Source: a virus (taxonomy: Duplodnaviria; Caudoviricetes). From it: a DNA stretch of 27,790 bases. The DNA is taken from positions 1-27,790 of the IMG/VR virus record IMGVR_UViG_3300044641_001138; one strand, written 5' to 3'. Under the pieces are notes generated by a model that was not told the DNA's origin, ran no database searches, and saw only the letters and a program-made list of their open reading frames with translations. A program made the position numbers and the translations under genes. This document shows positions 8,382-19,000 of the stretch, piece after piece. Position 1 is the stretch's first letter, and each line of letters starts with the position of its first letter.

Positions 8382-8888
8382 TCTATAAACTTTAAGAAAA
8401 GGTGTTCCAGCAGCCCCGTCAGATCTTTCAATTGGAAATCCTGGCAGATAGACCTCAACACTTAGTCTGTTTGGTGGAGATGGCTGAACAATATTATTTA
8501 TTGTATATTGTGAGGGTATTGGAATAGACAAAGATGTTGTAGACAATCTTTCTTTATATAACCAATCACCAGCATCTCCTCTATCCCATCTCAGCCATAT
8601 ATCATATTGTGATTCTTTTCTAATAAAATATGTATTTGCTCCATCAACCTTATTTAGTGTAACAGAGTCCCAAACTAAACTAGCAATACTTCCTGCTTTA
8701 TTAAAAACAATACTACCAGAAACAAATGTGTAGTCTGGTTGTACTAAATATATTGGAGACCAGTGAGATGTTCTGTTTTTATCAGAAGAAACAATCCTAT
8801 ATCTTAAGGAGTAGCCCTCTGTAACACTACTTATTGGTGGTAGGTCTGTAGTAGAAAGTTTAAATTTTTTAATTGCCTCATCTGCCAT
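8361..8888 (-). CDS. Minor tail/baseplate protein
   Basis: 175 aa, beta-rich (YSLRYRIVS...RTSHWS, FN3-like flavour); TAATG-coupled within the tail cluster. Confidence 0.6.
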   Translation of the reverse strand: MADEAIKKFKLSTTDLPPISSVTEGYSLRYRIVSSDKNRTSHWSPIYLVQPDYTFVSGSIVFNKAGSIASLVWDSVTLNKVDGANTYFIRKESQYDIWLRWDRGDAGDWLYKERLSTTSLSIPIPSQYTINNIVQPSPPNRLSVEVYLPGFPIERSDGAAGTPFLKVYRLLNQTV

Positions 8889-10039
8889 TATGTTACCCCT
8901 ACAGAAAATCTAAATTCAATATAATTGCTTGTATTTGGTGATTTAATAATCGTTTCAGCGTCTGTATTTTTAACAACAGAATATCCTGTTAGTCCATATA
9001 ATGGATTTGTTGTTGCAATGTTTTCTAATCTAAGGGCATCTAGTGCAATATAGTAGTCTGCAGATGGCACATCAGAAACTATTGCACAAGCATATATCTT
9101 TACTACAGTTACAGCATTCCACGTAAATCCTTGTGTTTGATATAACTCTTGTAGTTGAGTAGATGCTACATAATATCTGTTAGTTTCAAAGTCATATGTT
9201 CCACCAGTACCGCTGCCATTTTCTAATTCAATTTCAAATCTTGCAAATTCTCCAGTATTTTCTGCATCTGTTTCTGCAAAATCTACAAGAATTCTTACCG
9301 TATCTGGAACTGATGCTGAGTCTCCATCTTTGCTAATAATGGAAAATGCAAGACGCAGTTCATCTATTGGAGAGTTTCTGCTAAAGTTAACATCTGCTCC
9401 AGTTAGGTGAATGTGATTTGAACCAGCCTCAATAATAAAATGTCCAGCAGAACTTCCAGTTGATGGATCAACTGTTAAGTCTGAATCATCTCCCTGTATC
9501 AAAATAATATTATTTAAAAATCTTGCACGTTCATATCTTTCAGGTCTTGGTGATTTATAAAATATTGAGTTATCTGCGTTAGTTTGAAACACAGGGTCTG
9601 CGGTAGCGATTACGTTATCATCTAGAGGATCATCTAATGGCTCAGTAATAGTAGGAATAGATGTCGCTGCTACGTTTGTATGATATTGCCAGTTTTCTCC
9701 TTGTGTAAAAGCAAATATAGTCTTGCTATCATATGCTCCAGCAGAAGGATTTGATCCCGCTGAGTATAGTCCAATTTCAGTTATTTCATATCTTTCTTCT
9801 GTTGGAAGTTCAGCAGTTAAAACTAATTTTTCTGTTGCACCATCATTAACAAATCCTCTAGAAGAAATTGGTATACGAAACATCTCAAAATCTAGGTTTT
9901 GTTTATCAGAATAATCTCCATATGGGTCGGAGGTTGCTAATGGTTGTGCCCCACAGCCCACGGCAATGTATGAAGCGTATGCTGGTGCTTGACCAAGCAA
10001 ATACTTTCCAATTATAGACTTTCCAGTGTTAGTTATCAT
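8888..10039 (-). CDS. Minor tail/baseplate protein
   Basis: 383 aa; N-terminus MITNTGK...YIAVGCG and ITEIGLY resemble tail-fibre/baseplate attachment domains. Confidence 0.65.
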   Translation of the reverse strand: MITNTGKSIIGKYLLGQAPAYASYIAVGCGAQPLATSDPYGDYSDKQNLDFEMFRIPISSRGFVNDGATEKLVLTAELPTEERYEITEIGLYSAGSNPSAGAYDSKTIFAFTQGENWQYHTNVAATSIPTITEPLDDPLDDNVIATADPVFQTNADNSIFYKSPRPERYERARFLNNIILIQGDDSDLTVDPSTGSSAGHFIIEAGSNHIHLTGADVNFSRNSPIDELRLAFSIISKDGDSASVPDTVRILVDFAETDAENTGEFARFEIELENGSGTGGTYDFETNRYYVASTQLQELYQTQGFTWNAVTVVKIYACAIVSDVPSADYYIALDALRLENIATTNPLYGLTGYSVVKNTDAETIIKSPNTSNYIEFRFSVGVT

Positions 10040-11134
10040 TTAAATTTCCGCCTCATATATTGTACCACTTGCAGTAACCTCTAGTTCAATTTGTTCATCT
10101 GCAAGCATATTTACTGACTCAATGACCAGTTCTCCTGTTGTTGTGTCAACATAAATATGTGCACCTGCTGGTCCTGTTGCTTCCAAAGGAACCTTTTCTT
10201 CAAACTTTATTGAAAAGTTTTGAAAGTATTTATCTGATGTTGCCTGAAGACTAACTATATTATTAGGGTTATACTGTTGCTGAATGGCAGTTAAATTTTT
10301 AATAGGTTGATAGACAATATTTTGTCCATTTACTGTATCATTTCTAGCAATATTGATTAATTCTTGCCCCCCAATATTTTCAAATATTAGGTCTGCCATA
10401 ATCTCAATTGGCACAGAGTCGTCATTAAAAAGAATTGTATCTATTGGTGCTGTTTTTACTGGTGGAGGTGGAATAACTGTTGCAACTGGAGATATTGTTG
10501 CTGGTGTAAGCGGAGTTGAAGCAACTGGTTTTTCTTTTGGTTCAATAATTCTTGAAGACTGAAAATCTGTTTCTGTTTTTGCTGCTTTTGCTGCTTTTGC
10601 TGCATCTCTTGCTGTTGTATCTGCTTTTACTCCTGGAGCAATCATTCCTGGCCCAAAACCAATATCCCAACCTGCTGCTGCAAAACCTTGCCCTGTAGCA
10701 GATGCTGCAACCTGAGATGCGGAAAGTTGTTTTCCAGATTCATCATAAAAAACTTTTTTTGAACCAGTTGCGTTTGGATTATAATTTGGCATTCCCTTTG
10801 CTGCAGGATCATTTGTTTCCACAGTAGAAAGATCTTGTCTTCCATATTGATCTTTAGAGGTGTCAGAAGTTAGTTTAGATGCTGTAAATATGCCAGATGA
10901 ACCTGTTGGCTCTAAGACTGTTTTGCCAACGTTCTCGCCTGGTTGACCTGGAATAATCATACCTCCATATCCAGTAGCCAGGCTTTTTAAACCTTGCTCC
11001 TGCATTATTTCCATAAGTCTTTTATCTATTTTATATTGTATGTTTGGATTCCATGGAGCAGCAGACTGTTCTTCTAGTAAAAGAGCAAGTTGTTTATCTG
11101 GTTTTATTAAACTGTCTGGATCAAGATCTGCCAT
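10040..11134 (-). CDS. Minor tail protein with long low-complexity N-terminal region
   Basis: Start moved to ATG 11134 (MADLDP) after GAGGTG. G/A/P/T-rich N-terminal ~225 aa followed by an ordered-looking C-terminal domain (DLIFENIGGQELINIARND). Confidence 0.65.
   Translation of the reverse strand: MADLDPDSLIKPDKQLALLLEEQSAAPWNPNIQYKIDKRLMEIMQEQGLKSLATGYGGMIIPGQPGENVGKTVLEPTGSSGIFTASKLTSDTSKDQYGRQDLSTVETNDPAAKGMPNYNPNATGSKKVFYDESGKQLSASQVAASATGQGFAAAGWDIGFGPGMIAPGVKADTTARDAAKAAKAAKTETDFQSSRIIEPKEKPVASTPLTPATISPVATVIPPPPVKTAPIDTILFNDDSVPIEIMADLIFENIGGQELINIARNDTVNGQNIVYQPIKNLTAIQQQYNPNNIVSLQATSDKYFQNFSIKFEEKVPLEATGPAGAHIYVDTTTGELVIESVNMLADEQIELEVTASGTIYEAEI
10577..10603. repeat. Perfect 9-bp tandem repeat x3 (TTTTGCTGC) encoding AAK-AAK-AAK
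   Basis: Read directly from the sequence; in frame within the 10040-11134 gene. Confidence 0.9.
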
Positions 11135-11135
11135 A

Positions 11136-14100
11136 CTACACCTCACTCAAATAAATAGTCATAGAAGGACCTGACAGACTTCTTCCATATTCAATATTAT
11201 ATACTACAAACCTATCAGATGTTGTAGCAACTAAATCTAGTCCATCACTATTTTTATAATCTAGTGTGACAATATCTCCAAGTTGAAGTGTTGGAATTGA
11301 AAACATATTGATTCCAATAGACTTTTTAGGAGTCATAACTTTATTTATGATCCAGCCCATAAGTTCATCGGCATCGTCTTGTGTTTGTATGTATTGACTA
11401 TCAATTGTAAATTCGTTCTTACCATAGATAAGCCTGCTCAATTTAATTTGATCATATTTTGCTTTTTCTATCAATGGAGAAGTTATAAGTGTGCTACCCT
11501 GCAACTCTGGATCTGACAGGTTGCTTTGTTTTTTAAAGTATTCATCTACGGTTAATTCATAAGATGTGTCCTGAGTAAATGTAATTCCTTGAATTCTAAG
11601 ATAGTTTCCAGTGGTATCGTCTAGGTTTAAAGCAGTATCTGTAGCATTAAATATTAAAAATTCTGCTCCATAAGAATCAGCCTGAAAGCCAGATACGGTA
11701 TAGCCCTTAATTCTATTAAATGTTGGAGATAGTTGTGCATATAGTGCTGGGTAAGATCTGTCATACTTAATATCAAAATAAGCACACTCTCTCATGATTG
11801 ATCCAAATTCATCAAAATACATATTGTACTGGGGAGGTTGTTGAGAACTTATTCCAGAAAGATATGTCCCCTGTATTAATCCACTAACTGCATATTTTCT
11901 AAATGATTCATTTGCATCAATTTCTGTATCTCCGAATACACTTGATAAGGTTTGCCCAACAACCGAAACTGTATTTTGAGAATAGTTATTTGTTAATGCA
12001 TAAATATTTTCAAACATGCATCTAGATGAACCACGGACAAACAATGCCATATTATTATAAATTGGCAATGGATCTGTATCGTCAACTATTTTTATAAGTT
12101 TATTATTAACATACAGGAAAAACCTTCTAGTAGTTCCAATATCTTGATACTCTACGTATAGATCATATACTGTTGGCTTGTCTTCTCCAGACATTCTATA
12201 TTGTCCAGTAAATCTTCCATCATCAACGATAATGCTGGTTAGTCCACCCCATAGTTTAATTGGTATTGCATTATTGTTAGATGAATCTTTTTTAACTTTA
12301 TAAAAAACAATATTGTTAATATTTACTTCTGCTTGACCGTTTTTATCTAACTTTAGATAAGACTCTATGTTTGTTTCTGTTAGTGCTACTATTTCAAAGT
12401 AATATCCGTTATTTGTTTCTGGATTCAACAGCACAGCCATACCGCCAGATCCTCCACCAATGCTAACGTTTTGGTTTGTTTGCGCTCCAGTAACTTGATA
12501 ATAAGGTATGCTGCCAATTGGTGTTTGTCCACGAGTCTCATTGTTTTCAATCTTTCCAACAATTCTTACTCTTGTTCCAAAACCCCTGTAGGCGTTGTTT
12601 AATTCTTTGTATTGATAAGAAACAAAATTAACTGGTGTTTCTGTTGTTTTAAAAGACGGACCATTCATGACTAATGCCGATGACTGAATTGTTCCAGTCT
12701 GTGTTGATTTCAAACTGTTTACGTCTGTCTCTGTAAGATAACTGGTTGACATAAAGTTTTTAATCACGCCATTTCTTGTTGTCTGACGTGCAAGTGTATT
12801 ATTTACTCCAGCGGCACCGATTGTTGTTGCTGGCACAGAAACGTCTTCATCTAGTATGGTTGTAAACAAATACTGGGTCTGCATGTTACAGCCACGCACA
12901 TACGAGTTGTCGGACCAATAGGGGCTGATTCCTGCTGCATGAGAGACTACTGGTGTCCCAAACTGGCCCCTACCATGCTCATATACGGCTCCTGGCTGTA
13001 GTCTATCAATGCCATCAATGGTTTCATAGTAAGGGGTAGAGAAAATTCTTATTAGTCCTGTTGGATATATTTTGCCATTAAACGGTATAGATGAAAAATA
13101 TTTTTGATACTCTTGATTGCTACTAATCCATACATTGCCAGTGCCAGTTACATTAAACTCTGCTGCATCATATCTAATAATTTCACCAGATGCATATAGG
13201 TATCCTTGATATCTTGTAAGCCAATAAACATTTTCTCCTATATCAAGTATGTTTTTTGTTACAATGCCGCCGCTTACTACTGGCAAATCTGAGGACAAGT
13301 CGGAATTAAGGGGCATTGCTCCTAAAACATAGTTTCCTTGTTTAGAGGCTACTTCGTTTATTGTTTTTGTGTTTTCTGTTCCTGCAACTTCCCATAACAG
13401 TGAAGGCTTATATATCCAGGTCTTATCACGATCTACCATGCTTGATTGTCTAATTGAACCATAAGATCTTTGTATATACCTAGTTGTATAATTAATCTGT
13501 CCATCATTATAAACTTTTCTATCTTCTGATGCAATGGCAAGAATATTAGGAAGATTTCCAGATGTATTATTTTCTACTACTCCAGAATCAGTCTGATTGT
13601 TTGATCCAGAAAGAACAAAGTCTGTTGGTCGTTCTGCTGTGTCTGGCATTAAATAATTCTTACTCATTACGATAAAGTTGTTAAACTCGTCAAAGAACAT
13701 CGCAGTTTGTGTTGCTATTGCCAACTGGTTTAAAACTTCTGCAACATTTTGATCTGGAGCAACAAAGAAAAATGGTATTATTGGATCTGATTCTGTATCT
13801 AATCTTCTAAAAGAATAGTTACTAAATCCAATATAGTCAAGCAATGTAACAATTGCCATACTTAAAGATGTTTGTGTCATTAGAAGTCTTGGTGCAGGCA
13901 TAGACTCTAAGAAGAAATAAAAATCACGTAAAGAAATTGATAACGTTCCTGCAGTTATGTCTGCCTGTGGCATACCTTCAGAGTAAAGTGTTTTAATTGG
14001 AACATAGTAATCAAATCCATCTACATCTACAATAATTTCATAAAAGTTAAATTTAATATTTTTTCTTACATAGTCTGCAATAATGCTTTCTGAATTATTA

Positions 14101-15458
14101 ATATTGAATGCTTGATCATCATCAAAAATAGAAATCTGACCAGTTGATGCAAGAAGTTGTCCAACTGGTAAAGAAGTCATACCGATATCAGATAAAGTTT
14201 TTGTAACTCTAAAATCAATAACTTTGTCAGAAACATCAACAACCATTCTTGGTGACATTTCAATTAAATCAAAAGTAGAATCAAACTTGTTCATTACCTC
14301 TACAACAACTCTTATTCCCTGTACATAAGCAAACTCTCTATAAACTGTGCCGCCATTAATCTCATCAGTAAACTCTTCTGGAGATGTTAGGTCTGTAACA
14401 AAGTTGGTCTGGTTTGTTATTGTTTCTGATCCTAAAGCCCAGCCATACTCTGGAACAAAAGAATCATATCCATCGTCCTCTCCAGTTCCAGTATAAATAT
14501 AAAATATGCCCTTGTCTCCAGTTGTGGGTATTACTAAGTATGCATAACCAATTGGCGCTATTGCTGGCCTTAATGTTACAGATGAAATAGTTTCAGCATA
14601 AACAAATATGTCTCTATACTGCTCAGGAATTATAAGACCATACTCTAGTTCTACGTATCCGTCTGCTTTAACTATTGCTGTTCCATCTGGACGAGTATCT
14701 GTTTCTAAGAAAGAGTAAGCATCTACCCAGTTGTTATTATTTAAATACTGAACTCTCCACCTTGATGGGCTTGTTTTGTTTGTATCTCCAAAAAGTGGGT
14801 CATCTATTGCCCCAGTGCTTGTAGTAAAAGGTCCAAGATTAACTGTTCCAACATTTGTTTGCATTTTGATAACAAATCTATTTGCTGGCACTGGATTTTT
14901 ATAAACTACGAAAGGTACTGCATCTTCTATATAGTTTAAACCATTTAATATATTGGTTGCAATGCCACGTTCAAAATTATCTTCTGTTCTGTATGAAGTC
15001 CAATATTTAAACTCATCATACCTTGATGGCATATAGTATCTTGGTCTTTCTGCAATACTTGCTCCAGAATTTGCTAAGTACGTTCCAGAAAAGTATAGGG
15101 GTTTGTTTATTCCAGATCTGGGTCTAAATGGCTTGGTACAGTCTTCTAAAGAATATATCATCTTCATTTTGTCTTTAGGAAGTGTAAACTGCTGTGGTAC
15201 TCCAGAGTTATTAACTCCGCCATCAACTACAACATCTGCATCTGTTGCACCTGTGTAGTAATTTCCTTCATCAATTGGATCAAAATTTACTGGTAGTGTA
15301 GAATATATAGAATCTGCTGTTGTAGGCCTATATCTATAATTACCTAATTTTTGAATATTGTCTGGCATATTCATATTCCACTCAGCCAAAACTAAAGACT
15401 GAAGCCTTAGTGTTGCAGAGGTTTCTAGATGTGTTTTTAATGCTTCATTAACAAACAC
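11136..15458 (-). CDS. Baseplate hub / Tal-like central tail protein
   Basis: 1440 aa, second gene after the TMP. C-terminal YIQTQDDADELM...PTLQLGDIVTLDY...FVVYNIEY is typical of hub/Tal proteins. GTG start after GAGG. Confidence 0.7.
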   Translation of the reverse strand: MFVNEALKTHLETSATLRLQSLVLAEWNMNMPDNIQKLGNYRYRPTTADSIYSTLPVNFDPIDEGNYYTGATDADVVVDGGVNNSGVPQQFTLPKDKMKMIYSLEDCTKPFRPRSGINKPLYFSGTYLANSGASIAERPRYYMPSRYDEFKYWTSYRTEDNFERGIATNILNGLNYIEDAVPFVVYKNPVPANRFVIKMQTNVGTVNLGPFTTSTGAIDDPLFGDTNKTSPSRWRVQYLNNNNWVDAYSFLETDTRPDGTAIVKADGYVELEYGLIIPEQYRDIFVYAETISSVTLRPAIAPIGYAYLVIPTTGDKGIFYIYTGTGEDDGYDSFVPEYGWALGSETITNQTNFVTDLTSPEEFTDEINGGTVYREFAYVQGIRVVVEVMNKFDSTFDLIEMSPRMVVDVSDKVIDFRVTKTLSDIGMTSLPVGQLLASTGQISIFDDDQAFNINNSESIIADYVRKNIKFNFYEIIVDVDGFDYYVPIKTLYSEGMPQADITAGTLSISLRDFYFFLESMPAPRLLMTQTSLSMAIVTLLDYIGFSNYSFRRLDTESDPIIPFFFVAPDQNVAEVLNQLAIATQTAMFFDEFNNFIVMSKNYLMPDTAERPTDFVLSGSNNQTDSGVVENNTSGNLPNILAIASEDRKVYNDGQINYTTRYIQRSYGSIRQSSMVDRDKTWIYKPSLLWEVAGTENTKTINEVASKQGNYVLGAMPLNSDLSSDLPVVSGGIVTKNILDIGENVYWLTRYQGYLYASGEIIRYDAAEFNVTGTGNVWISSNQEYQKYFSSIPFNGKIYPTGLIRIFSTPYYETIDGIDRLQPGAVYEHGRGQFGTPVVSHAAGISPYWSDNSYVRGCNMQTQYLFTTILDEDVSVPATTIGAAGVNNTLARQTTRNGVIKNFMSTSYLTETDVNSLKSTQTGTIQSSALVMNGPSFKTTETPVNFVSYQYKELNNAYRGFGTRVRIVGKIENNETRGQTPIGSIPYYQVTGAQTNQNVSIGGGSGGMAVLLNPETNNGYYFEIVALTETNIESYLKLDKNGQAEVNINNIVFYKVKKDSSNNNAIPIKLWGGLTSIIVDDGRFTGQYRMSGEDKPTVYDLYVEYQDIGTTRRFFLYVNNKLIKIVDDTDPLPIYNNMALFVRGSSRCMFENIYALTNNYSQNTVSVVGQTLSSVFGDTEIDANESFRKYAVSGLIQGTYLSGISSQQPPQYNMYFDEFGSIMRECAYFDIKYDRSYPALYAQLSPTFNRIKGYTVSGFQADSYGAEFLIFNATDTALNLDDTTGNYLRIQGITFTQDTSYELTVDEYFKKQSNLSDPELQGSTLITSPLIEKAKYDQIKLSRLIYGKNEFTIDSQYIQTQDDADELMGWIINKVMTPKKSIGINMFSIPTLQLGDIVTLDYKNSDGLDLVATTSDRFVVYNIEYGRSLSGPSMTIYLSEV

Positions 15459-15459
15459 A

Positions 15460-16098
15460 CTATACCTCTTCCAGTGTTACCGAAATATTCCAAAGGTCAA
15501 AGTTGTTGCCTCCACGCTTAACAACAGAATAATTAAAATCTGCAAAATAAACTTGAACAATTTGGTTATACTGTGCAAGATGAGTAAATGCTGAATTGTC
15601 ATCTCCAAAATTAGAATACTTATCATATGCTAGATACATCCAGAATGGCCCTGTATGATTTTGATACCAGTCTAAAATTTCAACACCTCCAGCACCACCG
15701 TCTGCTGTAAACTCTTGAGTATTATTTTCATATGGAGAGATTCCAGTTGCTGGATTAAATTCAGCATTTTGATAAAAAGAACGAGATGGAAGCATGTTCC
15801 ATGACCAAGAAATGTTAATTTTATCTGCTATATGATAAGAGCGCATTCTTCCATTTATTGTTCTTTGTCTTTGCTCAAGTCTTTGATTTTGAAAACTAAT
15901 TTCTCCACGGTTATGATCTGATAGTATTAAAAATTGATCAATAAGACTTGGATCTGTGTCTACTGGAACATTTGTGCCAACTTCGTATCCATTTGGAACA
16001 TATAGTCCATCAACAAGTGTCCCAGGGTTATCTGCCCACAATATAGCCTGTGGTCTTTGATATCTTTTTCTACCCGTTAAATATGCTGCAGTAGCCAT
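15460..16098 (-). CDS. Distal tail (Dit-like) protein
   Basis: Immediately downstream of the TMP; RTINGRMR, ISWSWNMLP and terminal WNISVTLEEV. Confidence 0.65.
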   Translation of the reverse strand: MATAAYLTGRKRYQRPQAILWADNPGTLVDGLYVPNGYEVGTNVPVDTDPSLIDQFLILSDHNRGEISFQNQRLEQRQRTINGRMRSYHIADKINISWSWNMLPSRSFYQNAEFNPATGISPYENNTQEFTADGGAGGVEILDWYQNHTGPFWMYLAYDKYSNFGDDNSAFTHLAQYNQIVQVYFADFNYSVVKRGGNNFDLWNISVTLEEV

Positions 16099-19000
16099 TA
16101 TCCTCTTTGTCCTCTAACTCTTTGTGAATCAACATACCTTATTTCATTCATAACCGATTTAGCAATTGAGTCAGGATTAATATTTGATCCACCAACATTA
16201 ATACCCACACTATAATTATACACTGTGTTGGAGTTGCTATTGTATGATGGCGCATTAACAGATGTGATTGGGGCAGACATCATAGTTGGTGAAGAAATAG
16301 AATAAGATGGCTGAGAAAAAGATTTTGGACTGCTGGACATACCAAAACTTGGCTGTGACATTCCTCGTGGATACTGTCCTTTATTCAAACTAGCAAGTAG
16401 TGGGCCAAACTTTTTTGTTGCATTTTTATTCATTACAAACTCTCCAGGAGTTAGCATTGCTGGAACAGTATCTGTTCCTTTTGCAAGACCTCCCCTGCCC
16501 ATATATTTTGGAACCATTCCACCCTTTGACATATACTGGTATGAAACCATTCCACCGCCGCCACCGCTTCCAGCAGATGTTGAATTTGCACCCGTTACAC
16601 GATCATATTCGGCCAATGCGTCTTTTAATATAAGATCTGCTGCTGCTTTTTTCTGTAGCAGTTCGCTAAATCTCCACCATTCTCCAGAATTTGATGCAAG
16701 ATCGAATGCTTCCGCTGCTGCATCTGCTGCTGCCTGTGCAGCATCAACTGCCTGTGCTGCTGATATTAGCGAGTTTAAAGATGCATCATCTGCAGCACTG
16801 CTCGATGGAGCAATATAAGCATCGTTCAAACCAAGTTTTCCTGAAGCATTAGCAGCCGCTAACGCTATATCTCTCCACTTTTTTTCAATATCATCTAATA
16901 GTTTTAAGGTTGCTTCTATAACATCATTATAATCTCCAGCAGCAATTGCTGCCGCCATCTCAGCATCCGCTGCTGCTTCCCAAGCATCTCTTTGTAACTC
17001 AACTGCATCTAGTCTTGCTTGCAACTCTTCTCTAAGTTTGTCAAGATTTCTTTGTGCTGCATCAAGATTTGATTGTGCAGTTTTTAGTTGATTATTAGTT
17101 ATTTCATAAATTCTATCTTCTTCTTTACGAATAGCAATTAATCTTTTTTCACGCTCTTCTTCTAAGTTATAAATTTTATCTTGAATTGTTAGTATTTCTT
17201 CATCAATTGATTTTCTTTGTTGATTAAGTGCAAATGTTCGACGCTCAATTTCAAACTGACGTTGTTCAATTTGAAGTCTAGTAAGACCGCTTACTGGGCT
17301 TCGTAGTGCTGATATTTCTGCCTGTCTTCCTGCTTCAATAATATCTCCAGCACTCTTTGCTGCAGACTCTGCTTGACTAGCCCTCATTTCTTGGGCTGCA
17401 TTTGCTGCCGCTGAAATGTCTCCTTGAGTAAGCGCATCAGCAAGACCAATTTGTTGTTTTTGCTGGCCAATTATTTCTTGATTAATATCAGATATTTTTG
17501 TTAATGCTTCTGCCTGAGCGTCATATTTTTTGTTTATTCCTTCAGCAACTCTATCCATTACTGTAAGTTCTTCAGAAAGCATTGATGATTCATCAGATAG
17601 CGCTGCAAGTGGTCTTTCAAATTCTAACTCTATAACTCTTTGAAGGTCACTTATTTCTTCTTGGAAATCTTCAATAGGTCTTGTAATTTCTTTTTCAATG
17701 CTACGCTGCTCTTTTTCAATAGCATCTTGAATTCCCTGAATTTCTTTTTGTACAGCATCAACGGCATCTTGTGCACTCTTAACTTCTTTTTCAGCATCAA
17801 TAATTTTTGGCTTATATTCACGTTGGGCTGCTCTTTCAAGGAATCCAAATAGTTCTTCTGCTTTTTTCTTTAATTCATTTTTTGCTTCATCTGGATTAAA
17901 CATAAGTGTAAACTTAAGATCAATTGCTTCGCCAGATCTTACAGCATCTAAGTATTTTTTGATTCTTTCCATTATTCGTTCAGCAGTAGCAGATTTATCT
18001 ACAAAAGATTCCATCAATGTTGGATTGTTAAAAATTGCTTCAATATCTTTTACTGTTCCACCTAATGCCAAAACTTGAGGAACAATTTTCAAGAAATCTT
18101 CCTTAAGAGTATTTTCTGTTCCAAGTGAATCTAAAAACTTTCTTATTGTTTCAGATCCAGCACGTTTTTCAATATCCTCCATAAGTGTTTTAACTTGATT
18201 AAGTTGTTTTGTACTAATCTTGCCTGTTGCAAGTCCTAGTGCAATAACAGAATCTTCAGCATATTTTGTTGCCGTGGCTGCATCAAATCCTGCCTTTTTA
18301 AGCATGTCGTATGCAATCTTAGTATTTTTTAATTCTAGTTGTTGTTTTTCTAATTGTTCAATTGCTAACTGAAATGCAGATTTTTCTGTTCCGCCACCAG
18401 CACCGCCGCCACCAGTTCCTTGAACCTTGTTTAACTCTTTTGAAAGTTCTAAGGCTTCTTTCATTGCTTTATTTAGTAATATTCTAGCATCTACAGAAGC
18501 ATTGTTAGCAAAACCTCTTGTTGCTGCCTGGTCAGCAGTTAAATCTTTAACTCCAAATGCTGCTAGATTTGCTGCTGCTACCTTATTAAGGGCTTCTGCT
18601 GTTCTAAAAGCAAGAGCAGCACTAGCAATCAAATTAGCAGATACTCCAGCAATTGCAGCCTTAAGAAGTAATTGCATATCCTTTAGGTCTTTAACGCCCT
18701 TAACTGCTTTAGAAAGTGCTGGATCTATCGCATTTAAAGTTGCATTAAAAATTCTAATTTGCATTGATGCATCTGGTGCTGATTTAGAAATACTAGCAAA
18801 CATGGTGTCTGTTATCTTAGTAAGGTCTTCTAGTCCTATTGACCCACTTGTTGCAAGCCTGTTTAAACTTTCTGCATAAGATCCTACTAGTTTTCCAGCA
18901 TTTTTAATTGCTGCCTTTGCTTCATCATTTGGAACTAACTTTTCAACAATCTGTATTCTTGCAGCACGACCTTCTCCGACTGCGACCTGTTGGAAAACTT

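Noticed and set aside
10747-10760. A7-G-T6 run (A AAA AAA heptamer) as a programmed -1 frameshift
   Set aside because: A -1 shift hits TGA within three codons, no stimulatory structure is evident, and such runs are expected in AT-rich DNA.
18427-18879. 150-aa plus-strand ORF, and the other short plus-strand ORFs in the track
   Set aside because: Antisense shadows of long minus-strand genes; no SD or recognisable motifs, and their composition mirrors the codon bias of the real gene.
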